Below the pieces are notes generated by a model that was not told where the DNA came from, did not search any database, and worked only from the letters and a program-made list of their open reading frames with translations. A stretch of 64,000 nt of DNA. Source: Felis catus (Eukaryota). The position numbers and the translations under genes were made by a program. This document shows, piece after piece, positions 28,740-41,937 of the stretch. Location of the stretch: positions 231,262,001 through 231,326,000 of the forward strand of contig NC_058368.1 of the NCBI RefSeq assembly GCF_018350175.1, read 5' to 3'. How positions within the stretch are numbered: the stretch's first letter is position 1; every line of letters begins with the position of its first letter.

Positions 28740-29725
28740 AAGCCAACTTGAGGAGGCTCCTGGTGGCCAGACGGGGGCAGTCTGAGCATCAGAAGAAACA
28801 AGGGTGATAGTGGATTACAACCCATTGAACGAGATAGGAATCTGGGAGCTGTTACTTATGGCAATAGGTAGATCGGTAGAAAAGAAGGGAGAGTTCTTCC
28901 TTATGGTAGAATGCTGACTGTCAGCCTGGAAGGAATGATGGAATTAGCAAATGGCCACTCTGCAACCGTATAGGGAAAACGGACTCAGGCGGGTCATCCA
29001 GAATGCTGCATCTCGTGAGGGACAGTTCGATGAGCGGCAGGATACTTACATCATCTCAAGTTAAGTCTGACAAATTACTCATTATGAAGGAAAATTAGTA
29101 ACCCCACTATGGAGATGCCAGGTGGTGACTATCAGTCTCAAAGCAGAAAGTCCTCACGGGTGCCTGACTCTGGGGCCCTGAGAAGCTCACCGCCCCTCTT
29201 GTGGGGCATCGCCAAAGATGCACGTGCTGAGTTGTCACGAGCATGCATCAGATGATCCAGGGTGCGGGCCACCGGGGAAATAACTGGCCTGTATTCCTAA
29301 AGCTGTCATGGGACAAAGGAAGGTCACGGAACTGCTCCAGATTGAAGTAGACTAAGGAAACCTTCTAGCTGAATGCAATATGACATCTAAGGAAAAACAT
29401 CATAAAGGACGTTATTGGGACTTTAGGCAAAATTGGAATGCGATTGGAATTATTATTATTGGAATACAATCTTCAATATCCTGAATTTGATAACTGAGCT
29501 GGGCTTATGTCTTAGGAAGCACTGAGGCATCAAGGAACAAAAGGGCATGTGTGTGCAACCTGTTCCCAAATGGTTTAGGAAAAATATAGAGGAAGAGGGC
29601 AGGTTGGAGAGAACAAATATGACAGAGTATTAAGAATTGGTGAAGCCGGGTAAAGAAGTACAGGAGTCCTTTGTTTTCTTCTTGCAACTGTTCTCTAAAT
29701 TTGAAATGACTTCAGAATAACGAAT
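28740..29725 (+). mobile_element. Old L1MC-type 3' fragment
   Basis: GGAAGGAATGATGGAATTAG, CCAGATTGAAGTAGACTAAG, TTCTTGCAACT...TTTGAAAT motifs. Confidence 0.6.
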
Positions 29726-30009
29726 GAAGAAAGTGGAAAAAATACTTCTAGGAGGTAAAACTGGTAGGATCTGAAGATAAATTTTTAAGTGATTGTTAAT
29801 TTGCCGTTGTGATTACGATGACAGTGTTTTCAGCAGGTAGATTGGTAATAAAAGAACACAAAAATGATAAAAGGATTTTACTTTTTAGAAGATATGTTGA
29901 TTGTCAACAAATTATCAGTGTATTATCGATACATTTTTGAAGAATTATGAAATATTTCATTATATTTCAAGTTGGTAGAGTCTATTTTTTCATGGTCTAA
30001 TTTAATAAT

Positions 30010-30178
30010 ACCATATCTTACTGAATCTAGATGCTGTCAATTTTAAGATGCCCCGTTGCTATTGAGAAAGAAAAAAATACTGCCAATTGTAAATCTAAGA
30101 TTATGTCCATTGTAAGGTGTATCCTGATTTCAGAGATGTTAAAATGTGTGGGAAAATGTGTGAAATAGTTGAGACAGG
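30010..30178. mobile_element. MER104/Kanga-like TcMar-Tc2 relic
   Basis: ATTGTAAGGTGTATCCTGATTTCAGAGATGTTAAAATGTG resembles the recalled consensus. Confidence 0.55.
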
Positions 30179-30506
30179 GTGGATTGAGATGCTAGGTGGG
30201 AAAATAAAGCTGCTTCTCATTTTAATGACTGCCACATCATGGTTTTAGTTAGAAAATGGGAAATCTGTCATCTCTGCTAAAAATGGCTTATTTTATGATT
30301 GATAGAAGATGTTCTTGTAACCGTTGCTAACGTGACTTTCGTGATTTAATGGATCGTTTGATAATGTGTTTATGCTCCGGAGTGATCTTTTCTACAGCTA
30401 CTAATTCCTGCACAGGTATTTTCAGGCCCTCAAATCCAAACGAGCATTTGGGAGTCTCTTCCTCCGACTCCCTGCTTACTGAAATAATGACTGTCGTTCT
30501 GCACAG

Positions 30507-30671
30507 ATGCCACAGTTGGAGGAGAAACTCGAGCTTGAACTGAAGGATGACGCCAGAGTCATTGCTTGCCGGTTCCCTTTCCCTCGCTGGACCCCAGACC
30601 ACGTCACCGGGGAGGGGGTAGACACCGTGTGGGCCTACGACCTGAGCACGCTGCGAGGCAGGAGGCCCTGA
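30507..30671 (+). CDS. ATPSCKMT: ATPSCKMT last coding exon 5 (MPQLEEKLELELKDDARVIACRFPFPRWTPDHVTGEGVDTVWAYDLSTLRGRRP*)
   Basis: 165 nt from CAG acceptor to TGA; contains the FAM173-type ACRFP and VWAYD motifs; total CDS 657 nt = 218 aa. Confidence 0.95.
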   Translation: MPQLEEKLELELKDDARVIACRFPFPRWTPDHVTGEGVDTVWAYDLSTLRGRRP

Positions 30672-32520
30672 AGACATTTCCAGCCGGTCATTCGAGTGTA
30701 GACTTTATGTGGTTTCCCAAGTGATGGTGGTCTTCGGTTTCATAGAGATCTACAGCTGTGTCGTCAGCAAAGAGTCTGTTTTTCTTCACTATGGAATGAA
30801 AATCTATTACTTTCCTTAACTTTTGGAAAACAAACAGAAGTTAAGAACAGCAGGTAGATTTAAAGTCCCTTTCCGTGGCATATTCAAAAAAGTGGTCTTC
30901 TTTCCCACGCACTCTGATGTATGAAAATATGACCAAGGGATGGTCAACGTTGATGGGCGGGAGAGATGTGAACAGCTCTTCACGCTACAAAAAGTATGAT
31001 TTAATGCCAGAGATGAACAGAAACACTTTTTAAAGAGGCTGTGCAGTAGGAAATGTTTGCAGTTTCATCTAACTTTATTCATACTTAAGATTTGTCTTTC
31101 TTTTTTTCTGTACTTCATGGCAACGTTTTCTAAAGGACTCAGGCGCTCCTATTTATAACATTGATTAGGAATAATTTGTTGTGAGGCCAGCGCTTTACTG
31201 TATTTTCTTGGATCTGAGGTGTCTATACGTGTGCGTGTAAACGTGTGGATAGACACACACATTTGACCGTTTCTGAAGTTGTGACGTACCTTCCGGCTGA
31301 TGGTGTTTTGTGTCTATGATCGGCAGCATTGCACATCACGACGTAGCTGTAGCCACCACGGATGGAATGTCAGATGTGATGCGAGTTGCTCAGAGGACAT
31401 GCAGGACGTTCTGGAGTTATAGGTAATAACATAAGCCGTCATGAGCTTGGGCGCAGCCAGACCTGGGATCACATCCCTGCTCGGCGACCAGCCTTGCACC
31501 AGTGGCTTGACCTCCTGGAGCCTCGCTTTCCCGAGTGTCCCCAGCCTCTGTTGGGATAATGATACACCGAACAGGGGACTCTTTTTTTGTAAAACTCATG
31601 ACGCGAAGTCTTTGGTCTTATCATTTTAGATACTAAAGAAGTCACAGATTATTTCTGCTAGTCGCATCTTTATTTTATGAAAGTAGCCATTCATTTAATA
31701 TTCTCGTTTAGGAGAAGAGACCTGACTGATTTAGATAAAGACAAGTTACGGAAAACCTTTGAATGTGAATAGATAGGCTTCATGTATCTGAAACGTTAAT
31801 CTATTAAATGGTGGCTCTGATAATCCCTGTGTATCACAGAAAAGGATTGAGCTCCCGATCGTACACCTGTAACCTAAATACCAAACTGTGTCTTCATGGA
31901 GGTTTGATAAAATGAGATGGTTTGTATTTTTAACTAAACTCACGAGAATACGATCAGTTTGAGAATTTTCATTTAAATGAAAAGCAACTGGGGACCCGTT
32001 CATTCATTCGGCGAATACTTCTTGTCTGCTGTGTAATAGGCCTGTCCGATTCAATGGTGAGTAGACATGAGGGACCCCTAATCTTATGGAAACGTGTATT
32101 CCGGAAGAGAGAGACAAATACGGGCGTGAATGTAAGTGTGTGGGTGAAGCTCTCTGAAAGAAGTAAACAGTGTGACAGTCATGGGCACTTGTCAGATTTT
32201 TGGCTGCCACTGTCCATCCCTTCCCAGTAGCCCCCCGATTTCTTTCCGAAGAGCGAATTCCCTACGACGGTGTGTAGTTTGGTGTCTGTCCCTGCCTGTC
32301 ACCCCAGCCAGCTCTGTAAGTGGGCGAGGCACGCCTGGAGAGGGACCCATCGTGGCTCCTGGCCAGGCAGGTGTGACGGGCAGAGGTAGGGTTTTATGGA
32401 ACCTTGGGTGTGTTCAGTAATCTTCTAGACATGCTCCTGGCAGACTTGTGGAGGCATCAGGCTGTCTGCAAAGGCATATATAACTTGCCTTTTTGAGGTT
32501 TCTGGTTTAGCTTCCCAAAG

Positions 32521-32556
32521 ATTAAATGGCCCCTGGTGTTGTAACCTCAGAATAAA
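32521..32556 (+). terminator. Candidate ATPSCKMT polyadenylation signals (ATTAAA 32521, AATAAA 32551)
   Basis: First canonical AATAAA I found downstream of the stop (~1.9 kb); an ATTAAA also occurs at 31803. Confidence 0.4.
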
Positions 32557-32620
32557 ATGGACCATTTCACGGAAGTGTTGGCATTCATGGAGTTTGTAAG
32601 CTCTCTAATGGATGGATTGA

Positions 32621-32825
32621 TTTTTAAAAAAATATTTATTCTTTTTTTGAGAGAGAGTGAGCGAGCACACAAGCAGGGGAGGGGCAGAGAGAGGGAGACA
32701 GAGAATCGGCAGCGGGCTCCAAGCTGTCAGCACAGAGCCCGACGCGGGACTTGAATTCCCGAACCACAAGATCATGACCTGAGCTGAAGTCTGACGCTTA
32801 ACAGACTGAGCCACCCAGGCGCCCC
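32621..32825 (-). mobile_element. CAN-SINE
   Basis: Complete reverse copy; CTAATGGAT on both flanks. Confidence 0.88.
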
Positions 32826-34112
32826 TAATGGATTTTTTTAAATTGTGCATTTGAATAACCTGGAAGTGAGCTATAATGATTTTCTTACAGGGGTTATTGT
32901 GGCTTCTCTGACTGGCTGGTTTGAGTTTTTATTGGTTCCAGGATTCAGGGTCTGAAATTTGCGCACAACACAAGGCAGGGAGTGAGACCTGTTACGTTTG
33001 ATGTCGAAAGTAGGATTCACAGACGCCTGACCGATTGAAATCAGGGATGAGTGCTAGCTTGAGAAAATTTAAAGTTAAAACGACAACAACCAAACAGGAA
33101 TAGGAATAGAGCTTAGGGGTGACGTAGCCTAACGAGCCATTGTGACCAGACCTGGAGGTTCCATTGACACACGGTCAGGGGCTTGAGCCCATTCCCGTCT
33201 GAGTGCATCTTTCTCCCAAAGCATGGCCCCAGGGCTACAACCCTTGCCTTTCCCAGCCCTGCCAGATGGGCTCCGTCAGACCCTCAGCCAGTTCCGGCGT
33301 TCAGACCCCCTGAAATGAGCTTAGCTCCGCCAAGAGTATGGGAAACCGAGTTTGAAAGACCGAGACCCTTCTAGATGCACCGGGCCCACCGTTGCTGAGA
33401 GATGCTGTACACCATGACAGGTTACAGCCAGACAGAAAAAACGAAGGTTCCTGACATTTAAACCACGCGGCAGGATGCTATGCCTCTGCCAGAGTACTTT
33501 CCCTGATGGCCAAAGGCGTAAAAGAAATAGCTGTTCTCAAATGCAGGAGTCCTCTGAGCTTGCGCTGTACCCTGTATTTCCTAGATCATCTGGAGTCCCC
33601 CGGGCCGCGGGGGAGCGTTTCTTACCTGGCCCGGGGAACCGAAGTCTGCGCGTCTCTCACCCGGGCCACCTGTCGGGGAGCAGAGGATGCTGGCAGGCCG
33701 GCCGAAGGGACGCAGACACTGCTCGCTGGGACCCCCCAGCCGTCTCTCCTCTTTCTTGGGAACAGACCCCCCCCCCCCCCCCCCAGTGCTTTGGGCATCA
33801 GGGTGGGCGGTGGGCGGTGGGCCACGGGCAGGTGATTCAGCTCCGGCCAGCGAGGCGTGAAGGGTCATCTGCTGGGAGCTTAGGGAAAGGTTTTGTTGCT
33901 AACGGAAGGCGCTTGAGGCGAGCGTGGCCTTCCGGGCCTCGGACAGGCTGTATGGAGCCCTGGCACCTGCAATTCTGACGGCTGTGTTACAGCCACCAGG
34001 GGAAAGTGAAGTTGAAAGCGGGGGTGCTGAGGCCGGCCGAGCAGAGAGATGGACAGACTCCTGGTGTTTGCTGACTTGCCGAGCTGACCTGGAGCCTCCG
34101 ACTGCAGGATGT

Positions 34113-34347
34113 CTTTTTTTTGTTTAATTTTTTTTTAACGTTTATTTATTCTTGAGAGAGGGGGAAAGAGAGCACAAGCAGGGGAGGGGCAGAGAGAGAG
34201 AGAGAGAGGGAGACACAGAATCGGAAGCAGGCTCCAGGCTCTGAGCTGTCAGCACAGAGCCCGACGCGGGTCTTGAACTCACGAACTGTGAGATTGTGAC
34301 CTGAGCCAAAGTCGGACGCTTAACTGACTGAGCCGCCCAGGCACCCA
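34113..34347 (-). mobile_element. CAN-SINE followed by a poly-C tract
   Basis: Complete reverse copy; flanks CCGACTGCAGGATGTCTT / CCGACTTCAGGACATCTT. Confidence 0.88.
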
Positions 34348-34807
34348 CCGCGCCCCCCCCCCCCCCCCCCGCCCCGACTTCAGGACATCTTAAGGGAAGT
34401 GACAAACCCACATTGCTGCTGTCCTGCGGGGGTGGCAGTATTTGGGCTGTGTGGCCATCTGGTGGGGACGGGAGGGTGTGAGGCTGAACGGGGGTGAGGA
34501 GGATGCCCCAGGGTGTGGAGTGCGGGCACAGCCAGAGGGGCGCCTGGGGAGCTGTACCAGGTCAGAAGGGCTCTGAACTTAGACCCAGCATTCACAGTCG
34601 ACAGGAGTCTTCCCAGGCGGGCATCCTGTTCTTGGGGACGCAGGCAGGGCTGAGTAGTAACAGCAGGGCCTCAGCCACACCCCTGCATGCGGGGGCTCCG
34701 TAGGGGGAAAGATGATTCCTCAGGATTAGAAAGGACTTAGTGAAGGGAGGGGAAGGAAACACCTCAGACTGCCCACTTGGCAGGTGGGGTTGCCCAGTGA
34801 AGGAGCT

Positions 34808-35122
34808 GTGGTGTGGACGGCACGTGTGTGTCCTTGGGTTGAGATCCTGACCCCAGTGCGATGGTTGAGGGAGGGGGTCTCTGGAGATACTTCGGTCCTG
34901 AGAGTGGAGCCCTCACGAGTGGGGCTGGCGCCTGGGTTTGGCGGCCTCAGCGAGCTTGGGAAGACAGCCGGCCGTGAACCAGGAGGCGGCTTCTCGCCAG
35001 ACGCCGAATCTGTGGGTCCTTGATCTTAGACGTCTTAGCCTCCACAACTGAGACGAAGAAATGCTTATTGTTTAAGCGCCCTGGTCTGGGTGATGGTGCG
35101 GCAGCCGGAGCTGGTGAGAGAC
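34808..35122 (+). mobile_element. MLT1A-like MaLR solo LTR
   Basis: GTTGAGATCCTGACCCCAG...GAGTGGAGCCCTCA...CTTGATCTTAGAC...TTGTTTAAGC...GAGACA. Confidence 0.7.
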
Positions 35123-36404
35123 AGGCTGGCCCCCGAGAAGAGCCCCACCCCGCACTGTCCAGTCTTGTCACCACTCCAGCCATCACTTCCTTGACCTGGA
35201 AAGGAAGGGAGCCAGGATTGAAGAGGGCTCCCTCCGGTGCCAGCTGGGAGGAGCGGGAAACCTTCCCCCCGACGTGATGGTCAGGGTCGGTTGGCCAAGT
35301 CCTGAAGTTCCACAGGGGCCCTCTCTGGATGGCCGTCGGGGGGTATGGTTGGCACCATCTCGAGGGCAGGTTTCCCTGCGAAGGGGTCTCTTCTGTGCCT
35401 CTCCCTCCTGGCTCTCTCGGAGGATGCTTCTGGCACGGTTTGTCCCTAAACTAACGTGGAAGATGGAACAAAACTAGCGGGAGAGGAACAGAAGCTGCGT
35501 TGACAAGCAGAAATGAAGTCTAGGTGGCAGAGGGTCTTGGAAACCTCTCCTACGAGGCGCAGTTAAACAGGCTGTGGATGTTTGCCCGGGATGAGAGGAG
35601 GTGTAGAGGGCACGGAACGGACCGTTCTGGTGTTCGAAGGCTTGCCAAGCGGCAGAAGAAAGGAAAAGTGATCGTGGACGTGACCGTGTGTCGGCAGTTT
35701 CCACGTGCTGGAAATAACCCCGTTCGCATCTGTAGGGCGGAGGCACGAGCTCGCTTCTTTTCTCTCGACCAAAGGGAGTTGCGGTCAGCTTGCTCAGTCA
35801 CACCTGGACACGGGAGCACAGAGTCTTACGTTCTAACTGGCTCTGAGATACCAACTCGGGTCACACTGGGCTGGCGCCGAAGGGACGGGAGGCTGCGGCT
35901 CAGTCCCCGGCACAGTTTGGGTAAAGTCGTTTCAGGTTAGGATGCGTTGCCTCTGGACACAGTGAGTTTCTTGTCACTGGAGATAGTGGAGCAGAGGGCT
36001 GGACAGCCACTTGGTGGAGATATTGTAGAAGGGATTCATCTACAAGCAGGTGTGGAGTCTTGAAATGGCCTAAAATGACCGCGAGTTTTCCAGTCTTCGC
36101 AGTCTTGCCAGAACCTTCCCGGCCGAACACAGTGGGTCTGTGAGGCATCAGAGTAGCCTTTGAGCAGCGACGTTGTACATGCTTCCCGATTCAACTTAGC
36201 CTCCCCCAGCTCCACGCCACGGGCGGCTTTTTACTCTGGTATACGAAATGGAAGTAGTCGAAATTTTGAAATCTCGGAGAAGCTAATGAATGACAATAGG
36301 TTTTATCAGAACCCCTGCAGAGAGCTGACGCTCAGAGAAGGTTGGAATCTGTTTGACCCCAGAGAGCTTAGCCCCAGAGAGCACACTTGGGTCTCCCACG
36401 TTCT

Positions 36405-37100
36405 TGTTCTTTTTTTTTTTTTTTAAGTTCTTAACATTTATTCATTTTTGAGAGATGGAGGGAGACAGAGCGTGAGTAGGGGAGGAGCAGAGAGAGAGAG
36501 GGAGACACAGGATCTGAAGCAGGCTCCAGGCTCTGAACTGTCAGCACGGAGCCTGATGCGGGGCTGGACCCCACGGACAGGGAGCTCATGACCTGAGCTG
36601 AAGTTGGACACATAACCAACTGCGCTACCCGGGTGCCTCCCCACTTTTGTAAAACATTTATCTATTTATTTAAATAAAAAAATATTTTTTGGTGTTTTAT
36701 TTAACCTTGAGACAGAGAGAGAGAGCGAGCAAGCATGACTCGGGGAGGGGCAGAGTGAGAGAGGGACATAGAATCCGAAGCAGGCTCCAGGCTCCGAGCT
36801 GTCAGCACAGAGCCCAACGGAGGGCTCGAGATCGCAAGCTGTAAGGTCATGACCTGAGCCAAAGTCAGCCACTCAACTGACTGAGCCACCCAGGCACCCC
36901 CCAAATTTATTTATTTTGAGAGAGTGCGAGCGTGTGCACATGAATGGGGGAAGAGCACGGAGCAGGAGAGAGGGAGAGAGAGAATCCAGGCAGCCTCCTT
37001 GCTCAGCGTGTAGCCCGATGCAGGGCTTGAGCCGTGAGATCCTGACCTGAGTTGAAGTCAAGAGTCAGAGGCTCGACCGACCGAGCCACCCAGGCACCCC
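36405..37100 (-). mobile_element. Three tandem CAN-SINEs (36405-36641, 36660-36902, 36905-37100)
   Basis: Three consecutive reverse-strand tail-to-head units. Confidence 0.88.
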
Positions 37101-37588
37101 ATGTGTTTCCAAGTTCTGATGAGAGCCAGGAGACTGTTCTTGAAGCCCCTGGGACAAGTCTGTCACTAATGATGCCTCACTGCCTTCTGAGTGACGCCAT
37201 CTTACCCATCCCCTTGTCAAGGGAGCAGCCTCACAAGGTTCTCTGACCCCTCTCCAACTGATTGGAGCCAACGTCAGGCCACAGAAATGAGATGAGCTAT
37301 TCTGATTCCATGTTGAGAATTTAAATTGGGGAACAGAAAGACTGGGGATGTCCAGGGGGAGGCTGAGGGCATGATGCTGAGGCCAGGGGAGTTTGGAGGG
37401 CTGTGACAGACGAGAGGGTAACGGGTTTCTCTGGGTCAAGGGCCCAGTCCAGGGAGCCGGCCGCAGGCCTGCCCGCCCACCACCAGAGGGCCCAAGAACC
37501 GGGCAGGGTGGAACCCCCGCTGCCCCTCACATCTTAGCCCCCCTCAAAGGGTTCAGTTGAGTGTTGTGTTTCCTGAAGAACTCCATTT

Positions 37589-37808
37589 TTCTTTTAATTT
37601 TTTAAAATGTTTTTATTTATTTTTGAGAGAGACAGAGGCAGAATGTGAGTGGGTTAGGGGCAGAGAGAGAGGGAAACAGAAGCAGAAGCAGGCTCCAGGC
37701 CCCAAGCTGTCAGCACCGAGCCTGACGTGGGGCTCGAACTCACGAACTGCGAGATCACGACCTGAGCCGAAGTCGGACGCTCAACCGACTGAGCCACCCA
37801 GGCGCCCC
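37589..37808 (-). mobile_element. CAN-SINE with 15-nt TSD
   Basis: TGAAGAACTCCATTT at 37574 and 37811. Confidence 0.9.
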
Positions 37809-38982
37809 AGTGAAGAACTCCATTTATGTAATCGGCTATTTTATGATGAACGAAAATAATACTTGTCACGACAGATGTTAAACACAAGGAGCTTGGTACC
37901 CCCAAAGGTGGCGCAGGCCATCTATTTCAGATAGAAAAGTGGGTATTTATAGAAATGTAAGAAATCTCCCCTCTGAATAACACAATCAAGTTTCTGCACT
38001 CAAATAGAAAACTTGAGTCATCCGGCATCCTCTCAGGCAGAGTGAAGTGTTCCCGTAATCGTGACACGTTGTGGTTATATTGGAATTGGCACACTTGTGA
38101 CCCAATGGGCCGATGCAAATTGAACGTGAACAAAGAAATCATATAACTTTTATAGGTAAGGGGAATCAGGTCTTACTTTTTCTAATTTAATGTTACGGTG
38201 TGAATGTTACCTGAGAAGGGCTGATCGAACAATAGCTCATTGATCACAAGGTTTGAGTCAGGGATGGGAAGGAGGAATCGAGTACATTTTCTCCTCTGGA
38301 ATACTGTGGGGTGAAACATCGGGCAGCGAAATTATTCTTTATGAGAATTGATCCATATGCCGGAAGAATTCACAAAACTCCACGTACGTCCCGGACTTGC
38401 TGGGGACGTTTGAGTGGCGCGGTCTTCCGGGGTTTGCCAGGCAGTGTTGTTCGTGGGGAACGTGACAGCTACAGAGACAGGGTGTCACAAGGCATTAGGT
38501 TCATGCTGGTGCACATGGTGAGCGGTCAGCACATTCTGCAGGGGGCCAAAGCCTCTGCTATTCCAGAGACCGTCTTTTCTCGCTCCCTGACATTTACCTG
38601 TCCCGGGCACCTGTGCTTTATCACTTCATCCCATGGCCTCTTTTCCACATGTCTGCTAATCTCTGATTTAAGAGTTACATGTTGCCATTTTCAAGGGCAT
38701 TTGCATTTTGTTAAGGAGTGATTCAATAGGAATTTGAATGTTCGGGGAGGCCGAAAGATGGGATTTGCAATGGTTCCTTGTTTCCACCTGCTCTTACCCC
38801 AGTCCAAACTACCAAACTGACATAATCATGGCAGCTCAGAAAGGCAGACTACAGTCACTGAAAGTTTCTCTTGACCTGGAAATGTTAATTATGAATAGAA
38901 ATTCATAGTCCAGAAACAATGATAACAAGGATAGCTCTCAAGTGTTGACTGTCTACCAAGTCATACGTCTTTTAGATACATT

Positions 38983-39173
38983 ATTTTTATTTTTTTAAGT
39001 TTATTTATTTTGAGAGAGAGCAGGAAGGGGCAGAGAAAGGGAGAGACAGAGTCCCAAGCAGACTTTGCGCTGAGAGACACGGGACTTGAACTCACGAACT
39101 GTGAGATCATGACCTGAACTGAGATCAAGAGTCGGACACTTAACTGAACTGACTGAGCCACCCAAGCGCCCCC
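38983..39173 (-). mobile_element. CAN-SINE with TSD
   Basis: TAGATACATTATTTTTA on both flanks. Confidence 0.88.
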
Positions 39174-39724
39174 TAGATACATTATTTTTAATTCTCATAC
39201 TAACTACAGTGTAGATAATGATATTTCCCAGGGGTAATCTGAGGCATTTAGAGAGTAATTCGTTTGCTAAGGCCCATGCACCCATTACCAGGTAGTGGAG
39301 CTGGTATTCACACCCAGGCCTGTCTGGCACTAACACCTGTGTGATTTCACCTTTGTCCCTGCCCGGCCAGGGCGTGGGGATGACCCTACTGCTCCAGAAT
39401 TAATCCCGTCTACCCAGAAGCTTAGATATCAGCAACGTTTGAGTAACTCTGAGGCTTGGGCCCCACGTGTCTTTGAATCAGAATACATTGTGTTTTTGGT
39501 AGGCACGAGGGTGGTCTTTGAGTCAGAAGCATAAGCCCGTGAGAAGAATAAGGCAGCCAGTTTTTCAGAATTGTCTCCGCACTCAGAAATAGGCAGAGGG
39601 AGTAATGAGTTCTATGCAGAGCTGACTTACCACCTGCCTTTTAAGTCCACCTCCCAAAAATGGGTGAGTGCAGACGTATCACCTGTCTGTGTTAGACAGT
39701 AAACGACTTGCAGAAGCACACGTC

Positions 39725-39900
39725 TCCATGGGCCGCTGGGATGGCCATAACAACGGGGCACAGCCTCGTCATTGAGACCACAGACACGCATTTCTCATAG
39801 CTCTGGAGACTGGAAGTCCCGCTACGGTCACGTTCCGAGATACCAGGGATTAGCATTTCCGTAGATGAGTTTTGAGGGGGACACGGTTCAGTGCGTAAGA
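39725..39900 (-). mobile_element. Internally deleted MaLR (MLT1) LTR
   Basis: TTTCTCATAGCTCTGGAGACTGGAAGTCC and TTTTGAGGGGGACAC antisense LTR motifs. Confidence 0.5.
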
Positions 39901-40962
39901 AATCCCACCAAGTTAATTACAGCCTCACTTTCACAAGCAAGTAATTGGACGCAGCCTAAGCGTGCATCAGTCGAGACTGGCTGGGCAGCCGTGGAAAAAG
40001 CCTGTGGCAGAGTGACAGGTACCAGGGCACGTGGCATTTCCAGTAGAGGCTCCTGTGCTGTGACACGCATTCTGCAACAACACGCGCCGAGCGTAGCCGG
40101 TCTGGCGGAAAAAGCTGGGTTAATGGCAGACCACTCAGAATGGTTGCCACCTTGAAATCAGGGCATTCAGGAGACAATCAGTATCTGGGGAGAGAACTGG
40201 GCAGTGCAGGCAGGCAGCTCAGTGGCACTGGAGACTGCCCGAGGGGTGATAATTTTACTTATTTATTTAACCTTTTTATTTTTATTTTGATTTTTTTAAA
40301 TATGAAATTTATTGTCAAATTGGTTTCCATACAACACCCAGTGGGGGATAGTAATTTTAGAAATCAGCCCGGGAGTGCTGATTTGGGGGAACGACACGGT
40401 GCGCATGAGCACTGGAGGGCTTGCGCCCCAATGCACGCCCAGGACCGCGAAAGGCCGGGGAGCCCCTCTCTGGGGAGGGGCAGGCCCTCTTGCTAACGTT
40501 TTCTAGAAATCCAACTGATGGGGCTCCACGTTGAGAGGCGCTTCCCTTCCTGCTGAAGCTTCCAGTTCTACTCATAATGCAAAGCTAGGCTCCCTTTGCA
40601 GAAATAACTACATAGAAACCAACGAAACTTCCAGGTTATTCTGACATCATCCCCTCTGCAGCGGTGGTATGGGAGTTAATTGGTGTTACAATGATAGGTG
40701 CTGTAGCAGAGTAGAGTGTTGACAGGTGTAAAAAACCAGGGGCAGGACAGCGTGGTATTTGCTTCCACTTTTGTAAAAAAGGGGCATTCGCATGCTTACC
40801 CGCGTGTGCCCCCCTTCCCCGACTCTCCCACACATACCTTGCCAGAAAGAATCCATGAGTACACGAGAACCTGGTAATAGCTTTTGCCTCCGGGGAGGAT
40901 GGGTGGGGTTTGGGATCTGAGGTGAGAAAAGACCCCTTTTGTTATATTTTAAAATACTTTTT

Positions 40963-41163
40963 TGGGGGGGGGGGGCGCGTGGGTGGCCCAGTAAGTTAAG
41001 CATCCGACTTCAGCTCAGGTTGTGATCTCACAGTTTGTGAGTTCAAGCCCCACATCGGGCTCGCTGCTGTCAGCGCAAAGCCCGCTTCAGATCCTCTGTC
41101 CCCCTCTCTTTCTGCACCTCCCCTGCTTGTGCTCTCTCTCAAAAAAAAAAAAAAATTTAAAAA
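40963..41163 (+). mobile_element. CAN-SINE with a G-run at its head
   Basis: G-run then CGCGTGGGTGGCCCAG, A tail. Confidence 0.85.
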
Positions 41164-41715
41164 ACTTAGAACTGGTTGTGCCCAACACCAAATTGTGATC
41201 GCAAGTTAACAGCCAAGCAAGACACATTCTTCTCTGCTTTTTGTAGTGTGTAAAAAGGGACACACAGGGTAGACTAGCAAGTGACGTAACAGCTCTGAGC
41301 GGAACCTTTAGGTTACTGATTCTGAATAACCCTCAACTCCTGCCTGAAACATTTTGGTTTTTTATGGCGCCTCTGCGTGGGGGCTTCTGGGGAGTGTCAA
41401 TTCGCTCCCAACTCTTACAGCACCTCGTTTTACCTTCGGACACCATGTTAGCAATGCCTTCTGTATACCCACCTGGCTGAAAGCTGGCTCCCTAGCATTT
41501 CCCACCCGCTGGCCCTAATTTTACCTCCTGGGGACCACCCTGCACAAATCTAATGCTTCCTTCGTGGGAAATCCAAAACCCCAAAGATTTGGAGGACCCT
41601 TTCCTATTCCCACTGAATCTTTCATTCTTGTGTTTCTTCAGAAAAACCAACCCTCCCTAGCCTGGTAACTCTCCTCTTAACAGAAGCTAGGTTTTAAATT
41701 TTCCCTTCCTTCCTT

Positions 41716-41937
41716 CCTTTTTAATTTTTTTATTTATTTTTGAGAGAGACAGACACACAGAGAGAAAGAACACGAGCAGGGGAGGAGCAGAGAGAGAGCG
41801 AGACACAGAATCCGAAGCAGGTTCCAGGCTCTGAGCCATCAGCACAGAGCCCGACGTGGGTCTCGAACTGATGAACCATGAGATCACGACCTGAGCTGAA
41901 GTCGGCTGCTCAACTGACTGAGCCACCCAGGTGCCCC
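41716..41937 (-). mobile_element. CAN-SINE
   Basis: Complete reverse copy. Confidence 0.88.

Noticed and set aside
33400..36400. GC-rich stretch with many overlapping ORFs downstream of ATPSCKMT
   Set aside because: No recognisable protein motif or coherent exon chain; partly SINE and MLT1A sequence
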